A stretch of 64,000 nt of DNA. It comes from Chromatiales bacterium (GTDB lineage Bacteria > Pseudomonadota > Gammaproteobacteria > Granulosicoccales > Granulosicoccaceae). The stretch is taken from the NCBI GenBank assembly GCA_020631335.1, contig JAHDHK010000001.1, positions 7,836 to 71,835 on the forward strand, given 5' to 3'. Position 1 is the stretch's first letter; each line of letters starts with the position of its first letter. The position numbers and the translations under genes were made by a program. The notes under the pieces are model-generated. The model did not search any database and had not been told where the DNA came from. It saw only the letters and a program-made list of their open reading frames with translations. Shown here piece after piece: positions 19,597-29,494 of the stretch.

Positions 19597-19611
19597 TGGC
19601 ACTTTTCTTGG
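19597..19611 (+). promoter_or_regulatory. Sigma-54-like -24/-12 element with an imperfect -12
   Basis: TGGCAC-ttttc-TTGG about 170 bp upstream of the sulfotransferase start. The spacing is correct, but the -12 reads TTGG rather than TTGC. Confidence 0.25.
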
Positions 19612-19777
19612 GACATGCCGGACTTCTGAATGACTGCTATACAATAACTATAATGATGCTCCGCCAATCAGATGACTGCAATCAACATCAACCGTCAGCC
19701 TGTTGTCACCCTGCAGACAGCAAGGCCATCACAAACCACCGGGTTAACGATCAGCACCTTTAACTAGGTTTGATGGC

Positions 19778-20749
19778 ATGAAAGACCCGATTATCTACCT
19801 TCATATTCCAAAGACCGCCGGGACTAGTTTCCGGATCAGCGCAGCCGATTACTTCGGGCAGGAAAACGTGCTGTATGACTATGGGGCAGAATCAAGCACC
19901 ACTTCAGAGGAATTACTCAATTCAGTTGAATCTGAAGCATCGATAGAAAAAATACGCACAGCTGGACTGCGTGCAAAAATGCTCGGAGGGCACTTTTCCT
20001 TTCCCAAGTATCGTAATTTGTTCCCCGATTCACCGGTGGTAAGTTTTTTTCGCGACCCGGTCGATCGCGTCGTCTCCGAGTTTGTTCACTTCAGCAACCA
20101 TTACAGCTACACCGATACGCTGGAAGACTTCTATCGCAGCCCACGATTTCAAAACCGGCAGCATAAGAGTCTCGGTGGTGCAAAACCGACAGATCTCGAT
20201 TTTTTCGGGTTGACCGAAAAGTATGAACACAGCCTGGAGCTGTTTAATACAAAATACAATACTGCTTTAAAAGTGGTGGCGCTCAACAAGGGCAACTACG
20301 GGACAAAATCTCAGAGAATCGAGCCCACCGAGCAACAACGGGAAGTAATTCGACACCTGAATCAGGCTGACGTCGGTCTGTATCAACTCGCTGTTGAACA
20401 GTTTGATCGACAGGACTTAAACCGTAACGTAGCTCGTGATCCGATTACACGGTATATCGGAAATCTGGGCGGAATCAGGCAAGACAAACTGTATGGGTGG
20501 GTATTTGATAACGAGTCATCCCAACCCGCTTACGTGCAGATATCCGTAAACGGTGAAAAAAGACTCGAAACACAGGCCTGCCTGGAGCGACCGGATATCG
20601 TGCGCAGCGGTCTCAGAGAAGACCCGAGATGCGGTTTTATCGTGCCGGTCAGCGAGTTGGGCACTATTAACGCGGACGACAGTATTTCCATCCAGACCGC
20701 TGACGGCAGATACGAACTGATCAATTCACCGCTGATTTACGCGGCATGA
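19778..20749 (+). CDS. Sulfotransferase-family protein with a C-terminal extension
   Basis: PAPS 5'-phosphosulfate-binding loop IYLHIPKTAGTSF. The C-terminal ~100 aa (GWVFDNESSQPAYVQISVNG...RPDIV) form a separate beta-rich module. Confidence 0.7.
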   Translation: MKDPIIYLHIPKTAGTSFRISAADYFGQENVLYDYGAESSTTSEELLNSVESEASIEKIRTAGLRAKMLGGHFSFPKYRNLFPDSPVVSFFRDPVDRVVSEFVHFSNHYSYTDTLEDFYRSPRFQNRQHKSLGGAKPTDLDFFGLTEKYEHSLELFNTKYNTALKVVALNKGNYGTKSQRIEPTEQQREVIRHLNQADVGLYQLAVEQFDRQDLNRNVARDPITRYIGNLGGIRQDKLYGWVFDNESSQPAYVQISVNGEKRLETQACLERPDIVRSGLREDPRCGFIVPVSELGTINADDSISIQTADGRYELINSPLIYAA

Positions 20750-20782
20750 TTGTCAGCCGGTAAAATCCGTGACGCCGGTGCA

Positions 20783-21337
20783 CTAAACGTAACCACCGAC
20801 GCGGCACAGATACTTCCACACATACTCGGCAAAACTCCAGCGCACCTGGATATCAAAGGTATCCCCTTCGCGACAGGAAATGAGAATACTGGCATTGCCA
20901 AAACGGGTTTGCGCGCAATGACCGGGCTTGAACTCACGCGGATGGACATCAAACGGGGTCCCGCTCGCGATGACCGATCTGGCTTTAACCCCGCTGATTT
21001 GAATGACGGTGTAATAGTCACTGACATCGACAACCGCACTTTGTCCCGCTGGTAACTGTTCACGCAGACTGGCAACCAGAGTCTCTGCCGTCGGATCTTC
21101 GCTGTAGATAAGTCGCTCATCCGGCCCCAGCCAGTAAAGCGTATTGGCAGCAGCTGTTGTGCAGGTGTTGGCCTCCATCAACGCCGGCAGACCGGTCACA
21201 CTTTCTATTGCAGCTGACAGCGCAGGCATATCACCCCGGACGGTGACCTTTGCACAGATCGGCAGCTCTTTTATCGATAAGCCTTCAATCGAGTGCAGTT
21301 GAGCATTCAGTGGTGTTTCGATAGCCAGGTTATCCAC
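20783..21337 (-). CDS. soxG: Sarcosine oxidase gamma subunit
   Basis: 184 aa. Last gene of the soxBDAG order. Overlaps soxA by 8 bp. Confidence 0.8.
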   Translation of the reverse strand: MDNLAIETPLNAQLHSIEGLSIKELPICAKVTVRGDMPALSAAIESVTGLPALMEANTCTTAAANTLYWLGPDERLIYSEDPTAETLVASLREQLPAGQSAVVDVSDYYTVIQISGVKARSVIASGTPFDVHPREFKPGHCAQTRFGNASILISCREGDTFDIQVRWSFAEYVWKYLCRVGGYV

Positions 21338-24300
21338 GTACTCGTACCCCCTCTTTATCGATAAATACCGGATCGGTCACGATAGCGTCGACCACATCCC
21401 CGTTCATCAAGCGGATGGTGACTGTATCACCCTTGCGTTGTAAGCCGTTGTTCAACAGGGCAAGCGCAATCGAGCGTTCCGCGTTCGGGCTCATATAGCT
21501 CGACGTCACATGACCGAGTGTTTTCATTGGTGGCGCATCTTTCACCTCGGCCACAATGTGGGCCCCTTCGGGCAGCACCACTTGCGGGTCTTTGGTCAGC
21601 AACCCGACAAACTGCGGCCGCCCCTGCCTGTTGGTATCACTGCGCACAAACGAGCGCTTGCCGATGAAGTCCGGTTTGGTCTTTGAGACGATCCAGTCCA
21701 TATCCATATCGAGCGGTGTTACTGTGCCATCGGTGTCCTGTCCGACAATAATGAACCCTTTTTCCGCTCTGATTACATGCATGGTTTCTGTACCGTACAA
21801 ACAAAGACTATGCGCTTTACCCGCCTGCTGTAACGCCTGCCATAGTTGCCGACCGTAACGCGCCGGTACATTGATTTCGTAGGCGAGCTCACCGGTAAAA
21901 CTGATGCGAAAGACTCGAGCAGGTATACCCGCCACCTTACCTTCACGCATACTCATAAACGGGAACGCTTCGGCAGAGCAATCAATATCGGTGACCGATT
22001 GCAACAGCTCACGTGCACGGGGTCCGTTCAACGCTGCAACCGCCCATTGCTCAGTCACACTGGTGCAATACACCTGCATCTCAGGCCATTCGGTCTGCAG
22101 CCACTCTTCCAGCCAGCCGAGCACTCTGGCGGCACCACCGGTGGTGGTGGTCATATGGAAATGATCATCTGCCAGCCGTGTGGTCACACCATCGTCGAAG
22201 ATCATGCCGTGTTCATTTAGCATGAGTCCATAGCGACAACGCCCGACCCCGAGATTTTTCCAGTTATTGGTGTAAATCATTTCCAGAAACGCGGCAGCAT
22301 CCCTACCCTGTATGTCTATTTTGCCGAGCGTGGAAGCATCGAGCATCCCCACACTCTGGCGCACCGCCAGTGACTCACGCTGCACTGCCGCATGCATATC
22401 TTCGCCCGCTTTGGGGTAGTACCAGGGACGCTTCCAGTCACCCACGTCTTCGAACACCGCACCGCTTTGCACGTGGCAGCCATGCATCGGAGTATGGCGC
22501 TCCTGAATGAACAGCTCTCCTGATTCCTGTCCACCGATCGCACCAAACGTCAGCGGTGTGAAGGGAGGTCGAAATGTGGTTGTACCGACTTCAGGTATCT
22601 GTGCCCCTCTGATATCCGCCATAATCGCCAGCGCATTGAGGTTGGAGGTCTTACCCTGATCAGTTGCCATACCGGTAGTGGTATAGCGTTTAAGATGCTC
22701 GACACTGAGAAAGCCTTCTCTTGCAGCAAGATGTATATCTGCCGCAGTGACATCATTTTGAAAGTCGTGAAAGTGTTTGGCGGAGCCTTCGCCTACCGGA
22801 TGAACCGTGGGCACGAGCCACATCGCCTCAATACCGCCGAGCCCGTCTTCCTCTACAGCTGGCAATGCGCCCGGCGTTGACTGATAACCGCACGCTGCGG
22901 CTGCTGCAACACCAGCCTGAGAACCTTCCTGCAGACACTTGGCGGTGGAGAAGCTGCCATTACAGGCACCTGCAGAAACATTGGGGTTGATCGACTTGGC
23001 TTTGCTCATGTCGGGTACAAACCCGTGAATCGCATTGTCGTAGCGCAACTTGCCCCCGCTTTGACTGAACATGTGCGCTGATGGCGTCCAGCCGCCCGAA
23101 TTAGCGACGATCTGACATTTGATTTCCCAGGCCTGCCCGGCAACCGATTTACTGTCATCGGACAAAGGCATAATGCGGACAGAGCTGACCCCTTTGGCAC
23201 CTTGCACTGAAGTGATCGCATGGCCGGTAAACACTTTTATACCAGCATCTTCACAGGCTGAGGTTAGCCCTGCGTTCACACTTTTGCGGGTATCAACCAT
23301 CGTTACTTTTGCACCGTTTGCACTGGCGTTCAGAGCGGTGAGATAAGCACTGTCGTTGTTGGTAAAAACAGCAATGTCATTGCCCGGTAGGACACCGTAA
23401 CGATTGATGTAGGTATCCACGGCATTCGCCAGCATAACACCGGGTCGGTCGTTGTCCGCAAACACCAGTGGTCGCTCTATAGAACCGGCGGCAATGATTA
23501 CCTGCTTCGCTCTGATTTTCCAGAATCGCTGGCGGGGTTTGTCAGCACCACGCCCCGGACCGAGGTGATCGGTGATCTTTTCGACAGCAGTCAGGTAGTT
23601 GTAATCGAAGTAACCTGTTAACGTGGTTCGCGGCAGAAAGGTAACGTTATCGTTGTTGTGCAGCTGTGACACACTCTGCTCAAACCACTGTGTATACGCA
23701 TCGGACAAGGTTCGACCGGTGGTCGCACCACCGGGCACAGACTGTTCATCAACCAGCATCACACGGGCATCGGAGGTAGCTGCGGCAGCCGCGGCAGCCA
23801 GACCTGCCGGCCCCGCACCGATAACCAGCACGTCACAATGGGCGTAGGTAGAATGATAGACATCGGGATCAGGCTCTGTCGGACTGACTCCGAGACCGGC
23901 TGCTTTGCGAATAAACTTTTCATAAGTCATCCACATCGAAGCCGGCCACATAAAAGTTTTATAATAAAAGCCTGCCGGCAGGAATCGCGACAACGCTGAA
24001 TTGACAGCACCGACATCAAATTCAAGACTCGGCCAGCGATTCTGAGAAGTTGCTACAAGGCCATCGTATAGCTCGACGCTGGTAGCACGCGTGTTGGGTT
24101 CGGTATAGGCCCCCTCTTCCAGTTGCACCAGTGCATTGGGTTCTTCAGAGCCAGCCGCGATCAGTCCGCGCGGCCGATGATATTTAAAACTTCGCCCCAG
24201 CAGGCGCACACCGTTGGCGAGCAATGCTGACGCCAGTGTATCTCCTGCATAACCGGTGTAGGGTTTGCCATCAAAAGTAAAACGCAGTGGCTTGCTTCGA

Positions 24301-24341
24301 TCTATAAGGCCACCGCTATCCAGTCGTTGCGCTTGCGTCAT
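21330..24341 (-). CDS. soxA: Sarcosine oxidase alpha subunit
   Basis: 1003 aa. Dinucleotide fold VLVIGAGPAGLAAA. C-terminal GcvT-like folate-binding domain. Confidence 0.92.
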   Translation of the reverse strand: MTQAQRLDSGGLIDRSKPLRFTFDGKPYTGYAGDTLASALLANGVRLLGRSFKYHRPRGLIAAGSEEPNALVQLEEGAYTEPNTRATSVELYDGLVATSQNRWPSLEFDVGAVNSALSRFLPAGFYYKTFMWPASMWMTYEKFIRKAAGLGVSPTEPDPDVYHSTYAHCDVLVIGAGPAGLAAAAAAATSDARVMLVDEQSVPGGATTGRTLSDAYTQWFEQSVSQLHNNDNVTFLPRTTLTGYFDYNYLTAVEKITDHLGPGRGADKPRQRFWKIRAKQVIIAAGSIERPLVFADNDRPGVMLANAVDTYINRYGVLPGNDIAVFTNNDSAYLTALNASANGAKVTMVDTRKSVNAGLTSACEDAGIKVFTGHAITSVQGAKGVSSVRIMPLSDDSKSVAGQAWEIKCQIVANSGGWTPSAHMFSQSGGKLRYDNAIHGFVPDMSKAKSINPNVSAGACNGSFSTAKCLQEGSQAGVAAAAACGYQSTPGALPAVEEDGLGGIEAMWLVPTVHPVGEGSAKHFHDFQNDVTAADIHLAAREGFLSVEHLKRYTTTGMATDQGKTSNLNALAIMADIRGAQIPEVGTTTFRPPFTPLTFGAIGGQESGELFIQERHTPMHGCHVQSGAVFEDVGDWKRPWYYPKAGEDMHAAVQRESLAVRQSVGMLDASTLGKIDIQGRDAAAFLEMIYTNNWKNLGVGRCRYGLMLNEHGMIFDDGVTTRLADDHFHMTTTTGGAARVLGWLEEWLQTEWPEMQVYCTSVTEQWAVAALNGPRARELLQSVTDIDCSAEAFPFMSMREGKVAGIPARVFRISFTGELAYEINVPARYGRQLWQALQQAGKAHSLCLYGTETMHVIRAEKGFIIVGQDTDGTVTPLDMDMDWIVSKTKPDFIGKRSFVRSDTNRQGRPQFVGLLTKDPQVVLPEGAHIVAEVKDAPPMKTLGHVTSSYMSPNAERSIALALLNNGLQRKGDTVTIRLMNGDVVDAIVTDPVFIDKEGVRVRG

Positions 24342-24628
24342 GGCTGCGACTCCGCTGCACCCGGTGGCACTTCACCAACCCGGTAGGTAGCGAAGATCTC
24401 ATCAGTAACGGTATTGCGTAACGCGTTAAACCAGCGCCTGCAGCCGTGGGTGTGCACCCAGCGCTCGCGATGCAGGCCTTTCGTGTTACTGCGAAAGAAT
24501 ACGTACTCACCCCACTGCTCATCAGTGAGATTCTGAGTGTCTGTCGGTCGCGCGATATGAGCTTCACCATGACAGGAAAATTCGGTTTGATCGCGCTTAC
24601 CGCAATAGGGACAGTCGATTATAAACAT
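24338..24628 (-). CDS. soxD: Sarcosine oxidase delta subunit
   Basis: MFIIDCPYCGKRDQTEFSCHGEAH zinc-ribbon start at ATG 24628. The upstream 15 codons of the track ORF are rejected. Overlaps soxA by 4 bp. Confidence 0.85.
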   Translation of the reverse strand: MFIIDCPYCGKRDQTEFSCHGEAHIARPTDTQNLTDEQWGEYVFFRSNTKGLHRERWVHTHGCRRWFNALRNTVTDEIFATYRVGEVPPGAAESQP

Positions 24629-24638
24629 GGGAAATTCC

Positions 24639-25883
24639 TTAATGCGCAACGGCCGCGGCCGCGCCCTCGTCAATCAATGCTCCGCTATTAAAACGATCAA
24701 TAGAAAACGGCGCTGCTATTTCATTCATCTCGCTATTGGCAATAGAGTGTGCAAACGCATGACCACTGCCGGGAGTGGCTTTGAAGCCACCGGTACCCCA
24801 ACCGCAATTGAAATAGAGATTTTCAACAGGCGACTTGGACATGATGGGTGAGCGATCAACGGTCACATCGACAATACCGGCCCACTGGCGCAGCATTCTC
24901 AAACGGGAAAATAACGGGAACAATTCGCACAACGGGCCGACTGTATGTTCAATCAGGTCAAAACTGCCACGCTGTGAGTAAGAGTTATAGGCGTCTGATC
25001 CGGAGCCCACCACCAGCTCACCCTTGTCCGACTGGCTGACATAAACATGTATGCCGTTAGACATCACCACACAATCAATAATTGGTTTCACCGGCTCTGA
25101 TACCAGCGCCTGCAACGGGTAACTCTCAAGCGGTAGTTTGAAACCTGCCATTTCTGCAATTACGCTGCTGTTGCCGGCGGCCACTGCGCCTACTTTACGC
25201 GCACCTATATAACCGCGTGAGGTGTCCACCCCGACGACTTTGTTGTTGTCTACCCGTATGCCTGTGACTTCACAATTTTGAATGATGTCCACACCGGCCG
25301 CATCAGCACCACGCGCATAACCCCAGGCCACGGCATCGTGCCTGGCAGTGCCCCCGCGCTTTTGCAACAGCCCGCCCATCACCGGGTAGCGACAATTCAG
25401 GTTAATGATCGGCAGCATTTCCTTGACTTGCTGCGGAGTTAAAAATTCCGAATCGATACCGTTGAGGTAAATGGCATTGCCGCGCCGTCCGATCTCCTGC
25501 ATATCGTGGACACTGTGCGCGAGGTGCAGTAACCCCCGCTGCGAGAACATCACGTTGTAGTTGAGCTCCTGACTCAGCCCCTCCCACAATTTAACCGCAT
25601 GTTCGTAGATGCCGGCCGAGGCGTCCAGCAGGTAGTTCGAACGCACAATCGTCGTGTTGCGTCCGGTATTGCCACCGCCCAGCCAGCCCTTCTCAAGAAC
25701 AGCAACATTATTCACACCACACTGGGTGGCAAGATAGTAGGCCGTTGCCAACCCGTGCCCGCCACCACCGATGATCACCACATCGTAGGATTTTTTCGGA
25801 TCGGGGCTACGCCAGACGCGTTGCCAGTTGCGATGATAACTCATCGCATTTCGAGCGAGCGAAAACAGTGAATAAGCTTTCAT
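24639..25883 (-). CDS. soxB: Sarcosine oxidase beta subunit
   Basis: 414 aa. FAD fold [19 protein letters not shown]. Confidence 0.92.
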   Translation of the reverse strand: MKAYSLFSLARNAMSYHRNWQRVWRSPDPKKSYDVVIIGGGGHGLATAYYLATQCGVNNVAVLEKGWLGGGNTGRNTTIVRSNYLLDASAGIYEHAVKLWEGLSQELNYNVMFSQRGLLHLAHSVHDMQEIGRRGNAIYLNGIDSEFLTPQQVKEMLPIINLNCRYPVMGGLLQKRGGTARHDAVAWGYARGADAAGVDIIQNCEVTGIRVDNNKVVGVDTSRGYIGARKVGAVAAGNSSVIAEMAGFKLPLESYPLQALVSEPVKPIIDCVVMSNGIHVYVSQSDKGELVVGSGSDAYNSYSQRGSFDLIEHTVGPLCELFPLFSRLRMLRQWAGIVDVTVDRSPIMSKSPVENLYFNCGWGTGGFKATPGSGHAFAHSIANSEMNEIAAPFSIDRFNSGALIDEGAAAAVAH

Positions 25884-26105
25884 AGTGATTGTCTTGGTCG
25901 GGTTGCGGGCAACCGAAAATCAGACTGTGCAGCATTGGCGCTGCACGAAATTACAGGCGTTCCTCCAATAGCTACAAAGGACATGCCCGAGGCCTGCATC
26001 GTCTTTAAAAAAAGGGCTTTGTGTTGTTCTGTAAGCGACGAAAACGGTCACTCACAGGCGTATCGGGTAGACACTTTACCAGCGCAATACTGCTCCTGCG
26101 GAAAA

Positions 26106-27011
26106 TCAGGACGGAGACAGACCCCGCAAACGCTCGCCACGTCGTCTGATCAATTCCAGTGTTGCAAGCAGCGCAATTGATATGATCACCAGAATAGTCG
26201 CCACGGCCAGAATCGTGGGAGAAATCTGTTCACGTATGCCCGAGAACATCTGCCGCGGAATCGTACGTTGTTCAACGGACCCCAGCGCCAGCACGACGAC
26301 CACCTCATCAAACGAGACAACAAACGCGAACAGAGCACCGGAGATTACGCCCGGTAATATTAATGGCATTTGCACCTTGAAGAAGGTGCGCACCGGCGTC
26401 GCCCCCAGACTGTAGGAGGCCTGCACCAGACTGTTGTCAAAACCGACCAGCGTTGCGGTCACGGTGATGATCACGAAAGGTATCCCCAGGACCGCATGGG
26501 CCAAAATGACACCGATATGGGTGTAGGCAAGACCGAATTCGCTGAACGCGCGGAAAGTCCCCGCCGCGGTGATAACCAATGGCACGATCATCGGCGATAT
26601 TAAAAATGCCATGATTGTCTTTTTATAGGGCATTTCGGCGCGGCTTAATCCGACTGCGGCAATAGTGCCCAGCGTCGTGGCAATGATCGTCGCGATAACA
26701 CCGATAAAGAAACTGTTGCGCATTGAACGCACCCACTGGGCATTGTTCCACACATCGGTCCACCAACCGGTTTGTGCTTCCGGGTTAGCCATACCGTTGA
26801 TGAGTATGTCTTTATACCATCGCAGTGAATAAGCCTCGGGATCACCCGACAGCATACCGGGTGTAAAAGAAAAATAGGGCTCTGCATTAAAGCTGAGCGG
26901 CAGTACGATAAGAATCGGAGCAATCAGGAATAGAAATATCAGAAAGCAGATAAATCTGAACGTGTAATACCAGAGGCGTTCGCCCCAACCTGCATACGCT
27001 GGAAGTGCCAT
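26106..27011 (-). CDS. ABC transporter permease (PotC-like)
   Basis: Six hydrophobic helices and an EAA-like loop. Follows the PotB-like permease. Confidence 0.85.
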   Translation of the reverse strand: MALPAYAGWGERLWYYTFRFICFLIFLFLIAPILIVLPLSFNAEPYFSFTPGMLSGDPEAYSLRWYKDILINGMANPEAQTGWWTDVWNNAQWVRSMRNSFFIGVIATIIATTLGTIAAVGLSRAEMPYKKTIMAFLISPMIVPLVITAAGTFRAFSEFGLAYTHIGVILAHAVLGIPFVIITVTATLVGFDNSLVQASYSLGATPVRTFFKVQMPLILPGVISGALFAFVVSFDEVVVVLALGSVEQRTIPRQMFSGIREQISPTILAVATILVIISIALLATLELIRRRGERLRGLSPS

Positions 27012-27025
27012 GCTTTTTGACCTGC

Positions 27026-28270
27026 TTAGCCGAGCTTCATGTTGTCGATACCGACAATGCGATCGTAAACGTAATACAACACCATAACGATCACCATCAA
27101 CACACCGCCGAGCGCTGCTGCCAGGTTCCAGTTAAGTGACTTGCGCATATGGTCGTCAATAATGTTGGATATCATAGTGCCATCCTGACCACCCACCAGC
27201 GCCGGGGTGATGTAGTAGCCGATAGCGACAATAAAGACCAGCAGCGCACCTGCGCCAATGCCGGGTATTGTCTGTGGTGCATATACCCGCCAGAACGCCG
27301 TCCAGTTATTCGCACCGAGACTTTTGGCTGCACGTACGTAACTCGGTGGTATTCCCTTCATGACTGAATAGAGCGGCAGCACCATGAACGGCAACAGGAT
27401 ATGCGTCATCGCGATCAGGGTACCCGTTTTGTTGTAGATCAATGAAAAACGGGCATCGTCTGGTGTCATTCCAAAGAATACCAACAGATCATTCACCACA
27501 CCCTGGGCCTGCAACATGGCTATCCATGCTGTGGTTCGAACCAGGATAGAAGTCCAGAACGGCAACAGCACGAGTATCAATAACAGATTACTCGTGCGCG
27601 CCGGCAACGTGGCCAGCAAATAGGCAACCGGATAACCAAGCGCCAGACAAAACACCGTCACCAGAAAAGAGATCTGCATAGTACGCAGCAACAGCGTCAT
27701 GTGAATGCGGCGCTTTTCATCCTGCCGTTCGAAACTACCGTCGGCGTTTACCTTCATATCGAGTGCTGCGGCATAGTAGCCAAGTGTGTATTGCCTGGAG
27801 GCGGTTTTCATTGCCTGCCATACTTCTATGTCGTTCCAGTCCTTCTTGACTGCGGGCAGGCTCTCGCTAAAAGGCGCTTCAAGTTTTGCCGCCTTGCGGG
27901 CACTGGAAGTAAATAATGATCGGGTGCCGGGCTTATCCCGATTGACCCGTGTGGCCACTCTGCCAATCGTTTTGTTTTTGCGCGCTACCACCATATCGGC
28001 TACTACTGCAGCGAACATCTCTTCGGTTGGGTCAGAAACTGCATCCCATTCACTTAGCGCCTCAGTCGTCTGCGGCATTAAAGCGGCAAAGGTTTTATCG
28101 ATAAACCCGTGCGACAGAAAATATAATATCGGCCCGATAAACGCGACCAGTAAAAACAACAGTAATGGCAGCACCAGCAAAAAGGCACGCGATCTGTTTT
28201 TGAAAAGCGCTTTGTCAAGCCGCTTTTTCAGCAACTTGTCATCGATTTCCACGTTAGCGGTGTCTGCCAT
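27026..28270 (-). CDS. ABC transporter permease (PotB-like) with a long N-terminal periplasmic insertion
   Basis: 414 aa. One N-terminal TM segment, a ~130-aa soluble loop, then a typical MetI-type core (VRAAKSLGANNW). Confidence 0.85.
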   Translation of the reverse strand: MADTANVEIDDKLLKKRLDKALFKNRSRAFLLVLPLLLFLLVAFIGPILYFLSHGFIDKTFAALMPQTTEALSEWDAVSDPTEEMFAAVVADMVVARKNKTIGRVATRVNRDKPGTRSLFTSSARKAAKLEAPFSESLPAVKKDWNDIEVWQAMKTASRQYTLGYYAAALDMKVNADGSFERQDEKRRIHMTLLLRTMQISFLVTVFCLALGYPVAYLLATLPARTSNLLLILVLLPFWTSILVRTTAWIAMLQAQGVVNDLLVFFGMTPDDARFSLIYNKTGTLIAMTHILLPFMVLPLYSVMKGIPPSYVRAAKSLGANNWTAFWRVYAPQTIPGIGAGALLVFIVAIGYYITPALVGGQDGTMISNIIDDHMRKSLNWNLAAALGGVLMVIVMVLYYVYDRIVGIDNMKLG

Positions 28271-28292
28271 ATTGATTCGTTTTCAGGGGTGG

Positions 28293-28319
28293 AAACCCCG
28301 AACGCTAATGCGTTCGGGG
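28293..28319 (-). terminator. Intra-operon hairpin (attenuator/partial terminator) after the binding-protein gene
   Basis: CCCCGAACGC-taat-GCGTTCGGGG, a perfect 10-bp stem, followed by UUU on the minus-strand RNA. Confidence 0.45.
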
Positions 28320-28332
28320 TGTAGTACAAAGC

Positions 28333-29412
28333 TTACTTGGCAAGCCAGGCGTTGAACTGCTCGTTCAGCTGATCCTGATTATCAGCCCAGAACTCGAAAT
28401 CGTTCTGCAGTGCATTTTTCATGTTGTTCGCAGCCGTTGGCATCTGCGGACCCATATCAAGATCGGGCTTGTTGTGAAACGAGCCGACCAATGGCGCTGA
28501 AGACTTACGGACCGGACCATAAGAGATCCAGCTTGCCTGTGCAGCCAGACGCTTGGTGTCAGTGGAGAACTTTACGAAGTCCATCGCGGCTTCCTTGTTA
28601 GGCGCACCCTTAGGCATAACCCACAAATCAAGATCCCAGACCTGACCGTCCCAAACGATTTCAAACGGCTTATCTTCAGAGGCAACAGCGTTGAAGATTC
28701 GACCATTGTAAGCTGTAGTCATTACCACTTCGCCGTCAGCCAGCAATTGTGGAGGCTGAGCACCTGCTTCCCACCAGACGACGTGATCTTTAATAGAATC
28801 CATCTTGGCGAAGGCACGCTCTACGCCCTCTTCAGTGCCCAGTACCTCATAGACTTCTGCTGCCGGTACACCGTCAGCCATCAGTGCCATTTCCAGGTTC
28901 GCCTTGGGATTCTTTCGAATACCGCGCTTACCGGGGAATGTATCGACGTCAAAGAAATCTGCGATAGTAGCCGGTGCGCTGTCCATTTTGGACGCATCGT
29001 AGGCATAGATAGTTGACCAGACGATGGTGCCGATTGCACAGTCAGTGTAAGTGCCAGGCAGAAAATCTTCCGCAGCAGGCGTACCGTCGTCGCCGTCAGG
29101 CAGTGCGCTGATGTCCATCTCTTCAAGCAGACCTTCATCACAGCCACGAACTGCGTCAGACAGTTCGACGTCTACCAGATCCCACTTGACGTTACCCGCA
29201 TCGACCTGTGCTTTCACTTCTGCAAGACCACCGTTGTAGTCTTCAGAAACCACAAAGTTTCCGGTTTGAGCTATCCAGGGCTTGTGATACGCCTCGACCT
29301 GCGACTTGGTGTAAGCACCACCCCAGGAGACGATGGTAATAGTGTCTGCAGCATTAACGGTGCCGATTGCAGCAGCCAGACCAGCTGCCAGTACGGTTGT
29401 TACTCTTTTCAT
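28333..29412 (-). CDS. Periplasmic substrate-binding protein (PotD/PotF-like, SBP family 1)
   Basis: Start at ATG 29412 (GAGGAA upstream) gives the signal MKRVTTVLAAGLAAAIGTVNA-AD, followed by ITIVSWGGAY. Confidence 0.8.
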   Translation of the reverse strand: MKRVTTVLAAGLAAAIGTVNAADTITIVSWGGAYTKSQVEAYHKPWIAQTGNFVVSEDYNGGLAEVKAQVDAGNVKWDLVDVELSDAVRGCDEGLLEEMDISALPDGDDGTPAAEDFLPGTYTDCAIGTIVWSTIYAYDASKMDSAPATIADFFDVDTFPGKRGIRKNPKANLEMALMADGVPAAEVYEVLGTEEGVERAFAKMDSIKDHVVWWEAGAQPPQLLADGEVVMTTAYNGRIFNAVASEDKPFEIVWDGQVWDLDLWVMPKGAPNKEAAMDFVKFSTDTKRLAAQASWISYGPVRKSSAPLVGSFHNKPDLDMGPQMPTAANNMKNALQNDFEFWADNQDQLNEQFNAWLAK

Positions 29413-29494
29413 GATTAACAATTCCTCGTTGAACGATTCCGGATATCTCACCGGGTTAAAGAAACTAAACAAAATTCAAGATCGCAGTGCAATC

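Noticed and set aside
27786-28355. Long antisense ORFs, such as 27786..28355 (+, 189 aa), 12749..13327 (+, 192 aa), 58191..58718 (+, 175 aa), 38237..38755 (-, 172 aa), 46918..47451 (+, 177 aa), 30793..31284 (+, 163 aa) and 54727..55203 (+, 158 aa)
   Set aside because: Each lies wholly inside, and antisense to, a gene with unambiguous family motifs (ABC permease, LarA, ClpB, RND pump, SBP, dehydrogenase, GltX). Their compositions are low-complexity and Arg/Ser/Cys-rich, typical of shadow ORFs.
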